IMG/VR virus record: IMGVR_UViG_3300011871_000032
Length of the DNA stretch: 64,000 nt
Reading direction: 5' to 3' (one strand)
Origin: an uncultured virus (IMG/VR IMGVR_UViG_3300011871_000032)
Lineage: Duplodnaviria; Heunggongvirae; Uroviricota; Caudoviricetes
Part shown: positions 1-7,833 of the stretch, piece after piece
Layout: each line of letters begins with the position of its first letter
Position numbering within the stretch: the first letter of the stretch is position 1
Position numbers and translations under genes: made by a program
Notes under the pieces: generated by a model
Told to the model about the DNA's origin: nothing
The model's input: the letters and a program-made list of their open reading frames with translations, nothing else
Databases searched by the model: none

Positions 1-364
1 AACCGCTCGTCCATTTTACAGGGATACGAAGTTTTTCATTAGCTTGCTTTGCCTTTTCCCTTACAGCTTTCTCTCTTTGTCTTCTTTTATTTTCTTCTTT
101 CAAACGATATTCTTTAAGATCAGCTTCTCGTTCAGCTTTTTCTTTCTCAATTTCTTCTTCTGTTTTTCCTACTAAATGATAACTTGCCGGAATGATAACA
201 ACTTTTGTCCCAATAGCAGGAAGTTCTCCTTCAAGAAGATTTAATGTGTCAATAGAGGTTTTTACTGTATTTTCAGATATTACCTCTCCTTCTACAGCAT
301 CTCCTCTTACCTTAGCAGAAAACCAAAAAGGATTTGGGAAAGCAGGCCATTTTAGAAGAAACAT
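1..364 (-). CDS. Hypothetical protein, truncated by window edge (MFLLKWPAFPNPFWF...)
   Basis: Manual translation: GAGGTG RBS, ATG at 364, open to position 1; not in ORF track. Confidence 0.7.
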   Translation of the reverse strand, partial: MFLLKWPAFPNPFWFSAKVRGDAVEGEVISENTVKTSIDTLNLLEGELPAIGTKVVIIPASYHLVGKTEEEIEKEKAEREADLKEYRLKEENKRRQREKAVREKAKQANEKLRIPVKWTSG

Positions 365-416
365 AATCTCACCTCACGCCATTATTATGACAATATAATA
401 TCATAACTGAATATGA

Positions 417-440
417 AAAACCACCCGAAGGTGGCTTTTT
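417..440. terminator. Rho-independent terminator with cUUCGg loop
   Basis: AAAACCACCCGAAGGTGGCTTTTT hairpin just downstream of 448..855. Confidence 0.75.
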
Positions 441-447
441 ATTTAAC

Positions 448-855
448 TTATTCTTCTTCCTCTCTCGGATTATCAATAGCATCTTTAGCGCCATCAGGAA
501 CATTATTCTCCATCAATTGGAACTCTTCAAGTGGAGGAACTACAAAAGAGCTGCTACCTTCTGCTTCATCTACGTTAGCAATGAAATACATTCCACCGAA
601 TGAACCAAAAGCATAACCACCCTTATCAAGTTCAAAAATATCAATATCACCGATATCATCATGACTACGTTTCACATGAGATAGAAGCTCGTGAGCTTCT
701 TTAGAAATCGCAACACAACCTACATCAGCAATAACATAACCAAGAGAGCCTGTATCAAATGGTGTCGTTACAATGTCATTACTTTCTTTTGTTTTATATT
801 CTACTACGATGTGATTTTTATAAGCAGTTACTTCGGCATAGATAGGTTTAGTCAT
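448..855 (-). CDS. Hypothetical acidic protein
   Basis: 135 aa ORF, GGAG RBS, followed by terminator. Confidence 0.75.
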   Translation of the reverse strand: MTKPIYAEVTAYKNHIVVEYKTKESNDIVTTPFDTGSLGYVIADVGCVAISKEAHELLSHVKRSHDDIGDIDIFELDKGGYAFGSFGGMYFIANVDEAEGSSSFVVPPLEEFQLMENNVPDGAKDAIDNPREEEE

Positions 856-1103
856 GTTATCTCCAGTTATTTAATTTAGAACGATATTGTAACAATAAGC
901 TTAGTCATTATCAATAAAAAACTTACTTTATTATTTTATATCCAAAGTATTCACTGCAATAAAAAATATTAATTTTAAAATATTTTACAATCAAATTGAC
1001 CGCTCATAACTTTTTACATGAAGTTTTACACTGATCTATTGATTTAATTCAGTATATTTATTAGGTTGTTTTTATCATATTGGATTTATGTAAGGAAATA
1101 GAA

Positions 1104-1685
1104 ATGAAAGCTTTTAAAATAAATAAAAAAGGATTTAGTTTATTAGAATTACTTTTAGTTTTATCAATAATTGCAAGTCTTATTGTAGCAGCTTTTTTGA
1201 TTTACAAGAAAGTAGATACAAGTAATAAAATTGAAAAAGAAAGAAATAATATATCATTGATAGTATCAGCAACAAAAAGTCTTTTTGCCGGAAAAGTAGA
1301 TTATGAAGGATGGTCTTTAAAAACTTTAGATAATGCCAACCTACTTGCTGATAACTTTATTTATAATAAAGCGACTAATGATGATTTTGGTCAATATAGA
1401 GATGCTTGGGGAAATGAGGTTAATACAGGAACAATAACACCGGGCAATGGTTCTGTTAAAATAGCTGGAGTTTCTTTAGAATATGTTATTCCATCAGAGG
1501 CATGTGTGAAATTTGTATCTTCTGTATTTCCATTAATGGATCGTATAGATGTTAACTATTCTAATATAAAAGATACAACAGTATCTTATATTGACGCTAC
1601 CAAAATAGATGTTTCAGCAATTTCTACATCTTGTGGAAACTCTTCTTATGGCGATTTAAGCACTGTTTCATTAACTTTTTATTAA
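1104..1685 (+). CDS. Type IV (IVb, PilS-like) prepilin
   Basis: Class III signal KKG|FSLLELLLVL, hydrophobic helix, C-terminal Cys pair (EAC...TSC); AAGGA RBS before ATG 1104. Confidence 0.85.
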   Translation: MKAFKINKKGFSLLELLLVLSIIASLIVAAFLIYKKVDTSNKIEKERNNISLIVSATKSLFAGKVDYEGWSLKTLDNANLLADNFIYNKATNDDFGQYRDAWGNEVNTGTITPGNGSVKIAGVSLEYVIPSEACVKFVSSVFPLMDRIDVNYSNIKDTTVSYIDATKIDVSAISTSCGNSSYGDLSTVSLTFY

Positions 1686-1826
1686 TACATTAATAATATA
1701 ATATTATCATGTTTTATTGACTGCAATAAAAAAGAGCACCCGTAGGCACTCTTCTTATTTTTGAAATACTTAGTTTGCCCACCTCTCAGCTAAACACCTT
1801 ACGCAAACCTTCCACAGAAGTATTTC

Positions 1827-2039
1827 TTAACTACTTGTTATATCATACTCTTCTTCTTCATGAATCAGTTCCCCTTGGTAACGAACCTCAAGAGTTGCTG
1901 TTAAGGTTCTATCAGTAAAAGAACCATACCCATGAGAAAAACTTTCTTCTAAAACTAATCTTATATCAATATCACTTAAAACACTTTCCACATCTACATC
2001 TTCTGAAAGAAATGGTTGAACAATATCTAATAAACGCAT
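1827..2039 (-). CDS. Hypothetical protein
   Basis: ORF; AGGAG RBS before MRLL. Confidence 0.6.
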   Translation of the reverse strand: MRLLDIVQPFLSEDVDVESVLSDIDIRLVLEESFSHGYGSFTDRTLTATLEVRYQGELIHEEEEYDITSS

Positions 2040-2121
2040 TTTATATCTCCTGTTGAATTGAATTTTAATGGGATTCACTCATACAAGAAAATATATTATT
2101 AACGCTTCCTTTTGTTATTTA

Positions 2122-2361
2122 TTAGAAATCTAACTCTTTACTTTCATTTTCACGCATAAAATTGTAAATTTGTTGTTCTGACATTAAATCAACTTCATTT
2201 TGAGATAAATTGGATTCATAGAAATAAACTTGAAACCCGATCATTCCCATTTTTTCTTCTGAATAATCTTCGAAATCTTTTGCTGCTTGTAACGTAGTAG
2301 GAATCACTTTAACAAACTGAATACCAGAGCTTTGATCACTCATTTCACAAATTGCTATCAT
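2122..2361 (-). CDS. Hypothetical protein
   Basis: 79 aa ORF with RBS. Confidence 0.6.
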   Translation of the reverse strand: MIAICEMSDQSSGIQFVKVIPTTLQAAKDFEDYSEEKMGMIGFQVYFYESNLSQNEVDLMSEQQIYNFMRENESKELDF

Positions 2362-2398
2362 TATAAATCCCCACCTTTATAATCAATAATATTTTAAT

Positions 2399-2469
2399 TT
2401 GTATGATAGGATTTGAACCTACACCTCCCTAGTCTTAACAGGGGCGCAATACCGTTATGCTACACTACA
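2399..2469 (-). pseudogene. Degenerate tRNA-like element (possible AAG loop)
   Basis: T arm GTAGG-TTCAAAT-CCTAT, D arm, bulged acceptor, loop TTAAGAC, no CCA. Confidence 0.5.
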
Positions 2470-2477
2470 AATTAGAA

Positions 2478-2565
2478 TGGTGTCTCAAGAGGGACTTGAA
2501 CCCTCACGCCCATTACAGGCACTGGCATCTTAAACCAGCGTGTCTACCAATTCCACCATCAAGAC
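2478..2565 (-). tRNA. tRNA-Leu(AAG)
   Basis: Full cloverleaf with long variable arm; anticodon arm CTGGT-TTAAGAT-GCCAG; A73 and encoded CCA. Confidence 0.85.
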
Positions 2566-2570
2566 ATAAA

Positions 2571-2748
2571 GGCAATTTTCGGTTATTCTTCTTCGCTTCT
2601 CAACGAAATAGAATAACCTAGCTGCGTGGAAAGTGTGAACACTATAACATCAATGTCAGGAACTTTCTATGTGTTTCGCCAAAACACATCCAAGAATAGC
2701 GCCGCAGACTTCCAGACTTACCTGCAGATAAGAACTGGCATTCTCTAG
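2571..2748 (-). ncRNA. Candidate structured ncRNA inside tRNA cluster
   Basis: No ORF; several stems (GGTTATTCT/AGAATAACC, ATGTGTTT/AAACACAT, CTGCG/CGCAG, GAAAGT/ACTTTC). Confidence 0.45.
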
Positions 2749-2749
2749 T

Positions 2750-2821
2750 TGTTCAGTACTGGATTCGAACCAGTCTCATTGGAGTTCTCTCCGCTCGATA
2801 TACCACTAATCGCACCTGAAC
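2750..2821 (-). ncRNA. tRNA-like RNA with collapsed anticodon loop
   Basis: Acceptor GTTCAG/CTGAAC, D stem CGAT/ATCG, T arm ACTGG-TTCGAAT-CCAGT; anticodon arm GGAG-AGAA-CTCC. Confidence 0.6.
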
Positions 2822-2830
2822 ATTATTGTT

Positions 2831-2895
2831 AGCCTGTTAGTTCCCGCTCATCTGGAACTCTTCCCCTTTCGGTTGAGAGCACTATTTAACAGGCT
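2831..2895 (-). ncRNA. 65-nt branched RNA abutting a CCA end
   Basis: Closing stem AGCCTGTTA/TAACAGGCT, CC-GAAA-GG and AGTTCC/GGAACT hairpins. Confidence 0.45.
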
Positions 2896-2971
2896 TGGTG
2901 GAGGTTATCGGAATCGAACCGATCAAGGTGCTTGAGTTACAAACAGAGCTGCTTAGCCAAGACTGACCCCC
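2896..2971 (-). ncRNA. tRNA-like RNA with alanine identity (G3:U70, A73, CCA) and no canonical anticodon arm
   Basis: GGGGGTC...ATCGG-TTCGATT-CCGAT-AACCTCC-A-CCA. Confidence 0.6.
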
Positions 2972-3010
2972 ATTAAAACAGCTTTTATACTGTATTATCG
3001 CTAATACAAC

Positions 3011-3226
3011 TTAAAGGCTGTTAGATCTACAAATTACTTGCATTACATCTGAACTACTTTCTTTCAATACATATGTTGGATTACCTTCATACTTAATACA
3101 ACGTTCTGTATACGATTTTAACTCTTGATTTGTTAATGGTTGCTGCTTAGGCAACAACATAAAACTGAAAATAAATAATGATAATAAGGACAAAAATATT
3201 ACATTATTAGATTTTAATGTTCTCAT
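3011..3226 (-). CDS. Small membrane-anchored hypothetical protein
   Basis: N-terminal TM, Cys pair, GAGGTG RBS. Confidence 0.65.
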   Translation of the reverse strand: MRTLKSNNVIFLSLLSLFIFSFMLLPKQQPLTNQELKSYTERCIKYEGNPTYVLKESSSDVMQVICRSNSL

Positions 3227-3242
3227 TTTATCACCTCGTTAG

Positions 3243-3361
3243 TGGCCTTTGCTGGATTCGAACCAGCGCAAAGTAACCCAATACTTAAAAGTTAACGCTT
3301 TAAAATAAGGGTTTTAACGCACTACCCGCTGGTAGCTGCTCTCCCGCTGAGCTAAAAGACC
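3243..3361 (-). ncRNA. 119-nt tRNA-like RNA with non-canonical anticodon loop and ~50-nt extra arm
   Basis: Acceptor GGTCTTT/AAAGGCC, D stem GCTC/GAGC, GCTACC-AGCG-GGTAGT, long AACCC/GGGTT hairpin, T arm GCTGG-TTCGAAT-CCAGC. Confidence 0.7.
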
Positions 3362-3367
3362 GAAATT

Positions 3368-3556
3368 TGGAGCCGCATTAGGGAATCGAACCCTATCAGT
3401 CAAAAGTAACCACCCGATTACTGCTTAAAAATCTAAGCTTAAGTAGATGCCTCTACCGACCTATTTGCAAACCAATCCATACTCACGAGATACTTATGTA
3501 CAATTTTCACCCGCTTTCTTTCGCAAAATGATTTGGAGTCGAACCAAACCACGGCT
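3368..3556 (-). ncRNA. 189-nt CCA-ended double-T-loop RNA, family A copy 1
   Basis: AGCCGTG/TGCGGCT-CCA closing stem, two TTCGA hairpins; paralog at 5447..5635. Confidence 0.75.
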
Positions 3557-3632
3557 TGGTGCATTCGGAGGGATTTGAACCCCCGACACCCGGATCTTCA
3601 ATCCAGTGCTCTACCAACTGAGCTACAAATGC
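3557..3632 (-). tRNA. tRNA-Phe(GAA)
   Basis: 76-nt cloverleaf, loop TT-GAA-GA, CCA. Confidence 0.9.
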
Positions 3633-3737
3633 ATTTCATGAAAAACATAATAACAACTTTTTGATTAAAGTACAACTGTTTTTTCGTATTTTTTATCATA
3701 TGCTAAGGATTTTTTACATCTGCCTTAGCAATGATAG

Positions 3738-4265
3738 TTAAATAGCTGATAAAGATAATTTTTGCTTAAGATATTCTTCACATAGTTTAATTGTAAAGTC
3801 TTTAGGCATTTGTCTTTTCCAATAATCAAGATTACGTAATGTTTCTTGAGCTGCTTTTTCTATTGCCCAAATATTTATATTTGAAGCACAGATTAATACT
3901 TTATTAAAACAACGCTGATCATGATAAATATTTAAATAGGGAATAGAGTGTTCTTTTGGCAATTCTCCCCATGTAAATATTTTTACAAACATCGGAACAT
4001 TTGTCTTAAAAAGACGCTCAAGAAAAGACAGTAATTTAGTATCGCTTAAATTACGGACACTTTTATAATTTTCATCCGTTTCAAGCTCAATAGTTATTAA
4101 TGATCGATCTATATCAATTTTAATTGGCCTGAAAGAAATCTTTGTATCCCATACTTCTTGATATTCCTGAGTTTCTAAGGCTTTTTGAATACCTTCTTTT
4201 AAAGATGAGCACATTTCATCTACTCTAAGATATTTCTTTTTCATAATATTAATAATATTCTCCAT
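3738..4265 (-). CDS. Hypothetical protein
   Basis: 175 aa ORF. Confidence 0.65.
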   Translation of the reverse strand: MENIINIMKKKYLRVDEMCSSLKEGIQKALETQEYQEVWDTKISFRPIKIDIDRSLITIELETDENYKSVRNLSDTKLLSFLERLFKTNVPMFVKIFTWGELPKEHSIPYLNIYHDQRCFNKVLICASNINIWAIEKAAQETLRNLDYWKRQMPKDFTIKLCEEYLKQKLSLSAI

Positions 4266-4268
4266 TAT

Positions 4269-4403
4269 TTTACACGACAGGACTTGAACCTGCAGCCTAC
4301 TTTACGGATAATCAGCAGTATACGGCCTTTCTCCAACCAGATGTTTTTTACGGGGCGTTTCCCCATCATAGTCTGGTGACGTTCTACATTGAACTACGCA
4401 TAA
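4269..4403 (-). ncRNA. 135-nt tRNA scaffold with a large structured insertion replacing the anticodon/variable region
   Basis: Acceptor TTATGCG/CGTGTAA, D stem GTTC/GAAC, ACCAGA/TCTGGT enclosing GGGG-AAACG-CCCC, T arm GCAGG-TTCAAGT-CCTGT. Confidence 0.7.
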
Positions 4404-4487
4404 TGGTGCATAGTGAAGGATTTGAACCCCCGGCGCGATTCCACGGCTTTGCCCACGAATCCGCTCTACCAACTGAGCTAACTATGC
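4404..4487 (-). ncRNA. tRNA-like RNA with extended anticodon arm (15-nt loop)
   Basis: Perfect acceptor GCATAGT/ACTATGC-A-CCA, canonical D and T arms; GATTC-GTGGGCAAAGCCGTG-GAATC. Confidence 0.75.
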
Positions 4488-4541
4488 AATGAAAGTATTA
4501 TACTTATTTTCAGTTTTAAGTACAATACTTTTTACTATTTT

Positions 4542-5057
4542 TTAAGCTTTTATTTTAATTTTACTGCTTATCTCATCTACTTCACCCACGAGTTCGAAAA
4601 GTAGATTATTGATACCTTCTTTTCTTTTTAGCTTTCTTACTATTGCTGGCACTAATTGTTCTTTTAAGGCTAACTTATAACTTTCATTTTGAGATTTTAA
4701 AATTTTCTCTATATTATGGTATAAATTATGCGAATTTAAAATACGTCTAATGTTTTCTCTCATTCTTTCTTCTATAACAATATCAATAGTTTCCTCAACT
4801 ATTTTTTTCGCTAACTCTTCTTTTTCTTGCATTGATAGGCTTAGTATCCTATTAATTACTAAATCTACAAGAATATCATAGAGGTCATCTATCTTTATTT
4901 TAGCATTAAATGGCCTATATTGCTCAAAACAGTTTTCCTCTAATAAATCTTTTTCAGTAAAATATTTATCTACATCATCTTTATTAACAAAAAAATCGCA
5001 AGCATTCTCATGCAACATTTCTTTTAATTCGTTAAAAATTCTTTCTGAGCTTTTCAT
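4542..5057 (-). CDS. Hypothetical protein
   Basis: 171 aa ORF, GAGG RBS. Confidence 0.7.
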   Translation of the reverse strand: MKSSERIFNELKEMLHENACDFFVNKDDVDKYFTEKDLLEENCFEQYRPFNAKIKIDDLYDILVDLVINRILSLSMQEKEELAKKIVEETIDIVIEERMRENIRRILNSHNLYHNIEKILKSQNESYKLALKEQLVPAIVRKLKRKEGINNLLFELVGEVDEISSKIKIKA

Positions 5058-5109
5058 TTTTTACCTCATTTCAATGTAAAAATCCCAGCCCGAAGACTGA
5101 GATTTTATA

Positions 5110-5292
5110 TTATAAATCACCATAGTTTGAGATAACTAACCCTTGTTTAACTTCATAGATTTCCATTTCTGTATCAGGACTATAGTTATATTGAGTTTTC
5201 ATCAACTCCCTTGCGGAAGCTTCATCTTTCTCAATAACTACAATATTACCAGCCCAACCAAAATCAACAACAAACACTTTTAAATCATTCAT
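5110..5292 (-). CDS. Small hypothetical protein
   Basis: 60 aa, AGGAG RBS, terminator after. Confidence 0.7.
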   Translation of the reverse strand: MNDLKVFVVDFGWAGNIVVIEKDEASARELMKTQYNYSPDTEMEIYEVKQGLVISNYGDL

Positions 5293-5365
5293 AAAAATCT
5301 CCTATGTTAAGTTAATTTTTTAGCATAGAAAGATTATGAATTTTTATCATTACAATGTTTTATTT

Positions 5366-5441
5366 TGGTGGCCCTTGTTGGATTTGAACCAACGACCAAT
5401 CGATTATGAGTCGACTGCTCTAACCACTGAGCTAAAGGGCC
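5366..5441 (-). tRNA. tRNA-Ile2(CAU, lysidine type)
   Basis: GGCCCTTTAGCTCAGTGGTTAGAGCAG..CTCATAA..; closely resembles enterobacterial ileX/ileY. Confidence 0.9.
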
Positions 5442-5446
5442 AAAAT

Positions 5447-5635
5447 TGGAACCACAAGGCAAACTACACCCTTTCAGTCAAACATAATCACCAGATTATG
5501 AGGATATATCAAACTTCCATATATCCTTTGGTAGATGCCTCTACCAGACCTATCTATTTGATCCACGAGGTACTTATGTACACTTTTCTCTCACTTCTCT
5601 TTATAGATCATTCGGAATCGAACCGAACAGTGGTT
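5447..5635 (-). ncRNA. 189-nt CCA-ended RNA, family A copy 2
   Basis: AACCAC/GTGGTT-CCA; shares TGTACATAAGTA, GGTAGAGGCATCTAC and TTTGACTGA with copy 1, with compensatory changes. Confidence 0.75.
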
Positions 5636-5639
5636 GTTG

Positions 5640-5726
5640 TGGTACCTGAGACGAGACTCGAACTCGTACAACCGTAAGGTCGAGGGATTTTAAGTCCCTT
5701 GTGTCTACCTATTCCACCACTCAGGC
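5640..5726 (-). tRNA. tRNA-Leu(UAA)
   Basis: Cloverleaf, loop CT-TAA-AA, long variable arm, CCA. Confidence 0.92.
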
Positions 5727-5824
5727 ATAAAGAGCATTCTCATGCTCTCATCTACGTTCACTTTTAATCAAACTTAAAGGTACTTCAATGAAAACCCCAA
5801 TTCATCAAACAATAAGGAGATTTC

Positions 5825-5900
5825 TGGTGCGCCATGCTGGATTCGAACCAGCGACCAATAGCTTAGAAGGCTACTGCTCTATCCACTGAGCTAACAGCGC
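5825..5900 (-). tRNA. tRNA-Arg(UCU)
   Basis: Cloverleaf, loop CT-TCT-AA, CCA. Confidence 0.92.
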
Positions 5901-5910
5901 ATTACTGTCT

Positions 5911-5956
5911 TCGTTTCGATGAAGTAATAATAGCAAAGAGCAGAATGAAGTACAAC
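5911..5956 (-). promoter_or_regulatory. Sigma70-like promoter of tRNA module
   Basis: TTGTAC-17-TATTAT then CATCGAAACG; similar at ~7941-7985 and ~8981-9025. Confidence 0.6.
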
Positions 5957-6066
5957 TTTTTTTTACTTTTTCTCTACTGTTTGCAGATTTTTTAAGCTAT
6001 TTAGCGAATTTTACATCTATTTTTACGAAACAAATAAAAAAGCCTCTTAGAGAGGCTTTTATTTGA

Positions 6067-6495
6067 TCAGATAGATGGTCTTTTGGGTTTTGGAGCATCT
6101 TCATTTGAACGATCTTTAAATTCAAGATACTGACCTAAATAACTGTAGATTTTTTCTTTCGCAATAGGATTTTGAGAATGAACGAAAAAGTTAAAATCCT
6201 TTGGCAAGAAAGATGGATCATCCATATCTTTTTCCACCAACCATTTTGCCAAATCTACACCTTCAAGCTCTCTCATTAAATCATTATCAAAAGAAATGAA
6301 GTTAGGGCAACCATTACGTTCAATGTAATCAATAGCTCCTTCAACAGTGGTATTTACAACGAGTTCACTGTTATATACTTTTTCCAACAGATCATCAGCC
6401 CCAATCAAAGGGTAGTAATAACGTGGATGCCTGATTTTATCAGGATGGAAAGCATCATCATCCAAAAACATAAATACACTTTTCTTTTCAGTCAT
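6067..6495 (-). CDS. Cyclic-phosphate processing receiver-domain protein
   Basis: Motifs FLDD, ISFDNDL, G-x-DLAKWLVE, VHSQNP typical of this receiver-like family. Confidence 0.75.
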   Translation of the reverse strand: MTEKKSVFMFLDDDAFHPDKIRHPRYYYPLIGADDLLEKVYNSELVVNTTVEGAIDYIERNGCPNFISFDNDLMRELEGVDLAKWLVEKDMDDPSFLPKDFNFFVHSQNPIAKEKIYSYLGQYLEFKDRSNEDAPKPKRPSI

Positions 6496-6565
6496 TTTCT
6501 TATTTCCATATCTTAAAGGTGATATTATATTACTATATTCTAATATTAAGATCAACCATTTAATG

Positions 6566-7084
6566 CTACATAAAACATTCTTCGCTTGAACTTCTTATCA
6601 ATAAATCTAAAATCTTTTTCTTTGTAAGTTCTGGAGAATGATGTCCAAAGATATGCGTTTCTCTTAAAACATCTAAAAAATCTTCTACAAAATCATCTTT
6701 TTCAAATCGTAGTTTTTTTATGAAATTATTTTTTAGCATTATATTTTTTTCATAATAAGTTTTATGGTTTATACCATTACCATCATAAATAATATCATTA
6801 TGAATAATCGCTATATGATCTATTCTTATAATGTCATTAAGAATAACCGAGTTTAGAGCTTCTTTTGATTTCTTGTCGATTATTTTGTTAATTTGAATTT
6901 TATCCCATTCTTCTTCATAAAAAATAAAAAGAGCAAATTCTACAAAACCATTATTCTTCATAAAGAAAGGTGTGAGATAATTAGCAAGGTGAGAACAACC
7001 ACCATTTAAAAAATAGTGCTTTGCATTCGCATCTTTTTTTATAGCATTAACGATTTTTTCAATCTCAAAGATGAATTCTTTCAT
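6566..7084 (-). CDS. Hypothetical protein, possible Cys-His-Asp papain/transglutaminase-like fold
   Basis: FLNGGC..A, HI, YDG motifs; similar to 34304..35038. Confidence 0.55.
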   Translation of the reverse strand: MKEFIFEIEKIVNAIKKDANAKHYFLNGGCSHLANYLTPFFMKNNGFVEFALFIFYEEEWDKIQINKIIDKKSKEALNSVILNDIIRIDHIAIIHNDIIYDGNGINHKTYYEKNIMLKNNFIKKLRFEKDDFVEDFLDVLRETHIFGHHSPELTKKKILDLLIRSSSEECFM

Positions 7085-7183
7085 TTTAGTCTCACTATAG
7101 ATAGAAGGTTTTTATTTTAACTATATAAATCGTTTTTAGAATAACAAAAAAGGACATGGCATGTCCTTTTTTAATTGTTTTAT

Positions 7184-7256
7184 AAAAATCTATCAAGAAT
7201 CGAACCTGATAACTTCATCTTATGAGGGCGCTGTTTTACCAATAAACTAAGATTTT
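7184..7256 (-). pseudogene. Degenerate tRNA(CAU)
   Basis: T arm and D arm, loop CT-CAT-AA, mispaired anticodon stem, AU-rich acceptor, no CCA. Confidence 0.5.
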
Positions 7257-7350
7257 TATAAAACTTATTAATAAATCATAAAACAATCTTCTATTGATTA
7301 CAATATTTTTATCTATTTTTTCCATAATTTATTAGAACAAAAGTAATCTT

Positions 7351-7426
7351 TGGTGGCCCCTGTTGGATTTGAACCAACGACCAATCGATTATGAGTCGAC
7401 TGCTCTAACCACTGAGCTAAGGGGCC
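7351..7426 (-). tRNA. tRNA-Ile2(CAU)
   Basis: ileX-like cloverleaf, CCA. Confidence 0.9.
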
Positions 7427-7429
7427 GAA

Positions 7430-7602
7430 TTTAGAGAATGTTGCAGCATTCTCCATTAGTCTCTTGCTAACGTCAATCTGTTTCGCTCGCTATACAGATA
7501 AATAGCACACAGGAGGACTTAAGCTTATCAATTATTTCAAATTAAACAAAATGAACATATTACTACTTCATTTAAAAATGTTTAATCCCGATTGATCACG
7601 GT
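7430..7602 (-). ncRNA. Structured ncRNA, family B copy 1
   Basis: Paralog of 8576..8749 with compensatory stem changes and invariant loop CATATTACTAC (plus strand). Confidence 0.65.
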
Positions 7603-7655
7603 GCCTACATTAATCAAACGTTAAAACAACCACAACACTACCACCACGTAGAGTT

Positions 7656-7742
7656 TGGTACCTGAAGTGGGATTCGAACCCACAAGCCCGTTACGGGCGG
7701 GAGATTTTAAGTCTCCTGTGTATACCATTCCACCATTCAGGC
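7656..7742 (-). tRNA. tRNA-Leu(UAA)
   Basis: Cloverleaf, loop CT-TAA-AA, CCA. Confidence 0.92.
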
Positions 7743-7833
7743 ATAAAAGAGTGGGAGAACACTCTTTAATTAAATGAAAACTTTTAGCAGTACTTTTATT
7801 CACAATCACAACAACACATAGAGGAGACTATGC

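Noticed and set aside
192..879. Short plus-strand ORFs antisense to minus-strand genes (also 10009, 10856, 22680, 37221, 45800, 46128, 54808, 63634 and similar)
   Set aside because: Shadow ORFs lying opposite better-supported genes.
2831..2895. Hammerhead ribozyme (CAGAUGAG and CGAAA present)
   Set aside because: The core is not CUGANGA and stem II cannot form.
2896..2971. Complete tmRNA gene
   Set aside because: Only 76 nt between the ends; no tag ORF or pseudoknots seen.
4269..4403. Group I intron-containing tRNA
   Set aside because: The insertion is only ~60 nt, lacks P7 elements, and I found no excision that restores a canonical anticodon loop.
5336..5677. ORF-track 113-aa plus-strand ORF (also 7621..7809 and 8831..9052)
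   Set aside because: They overlap tRNA and ncRNA genes and are most likely chance frames.
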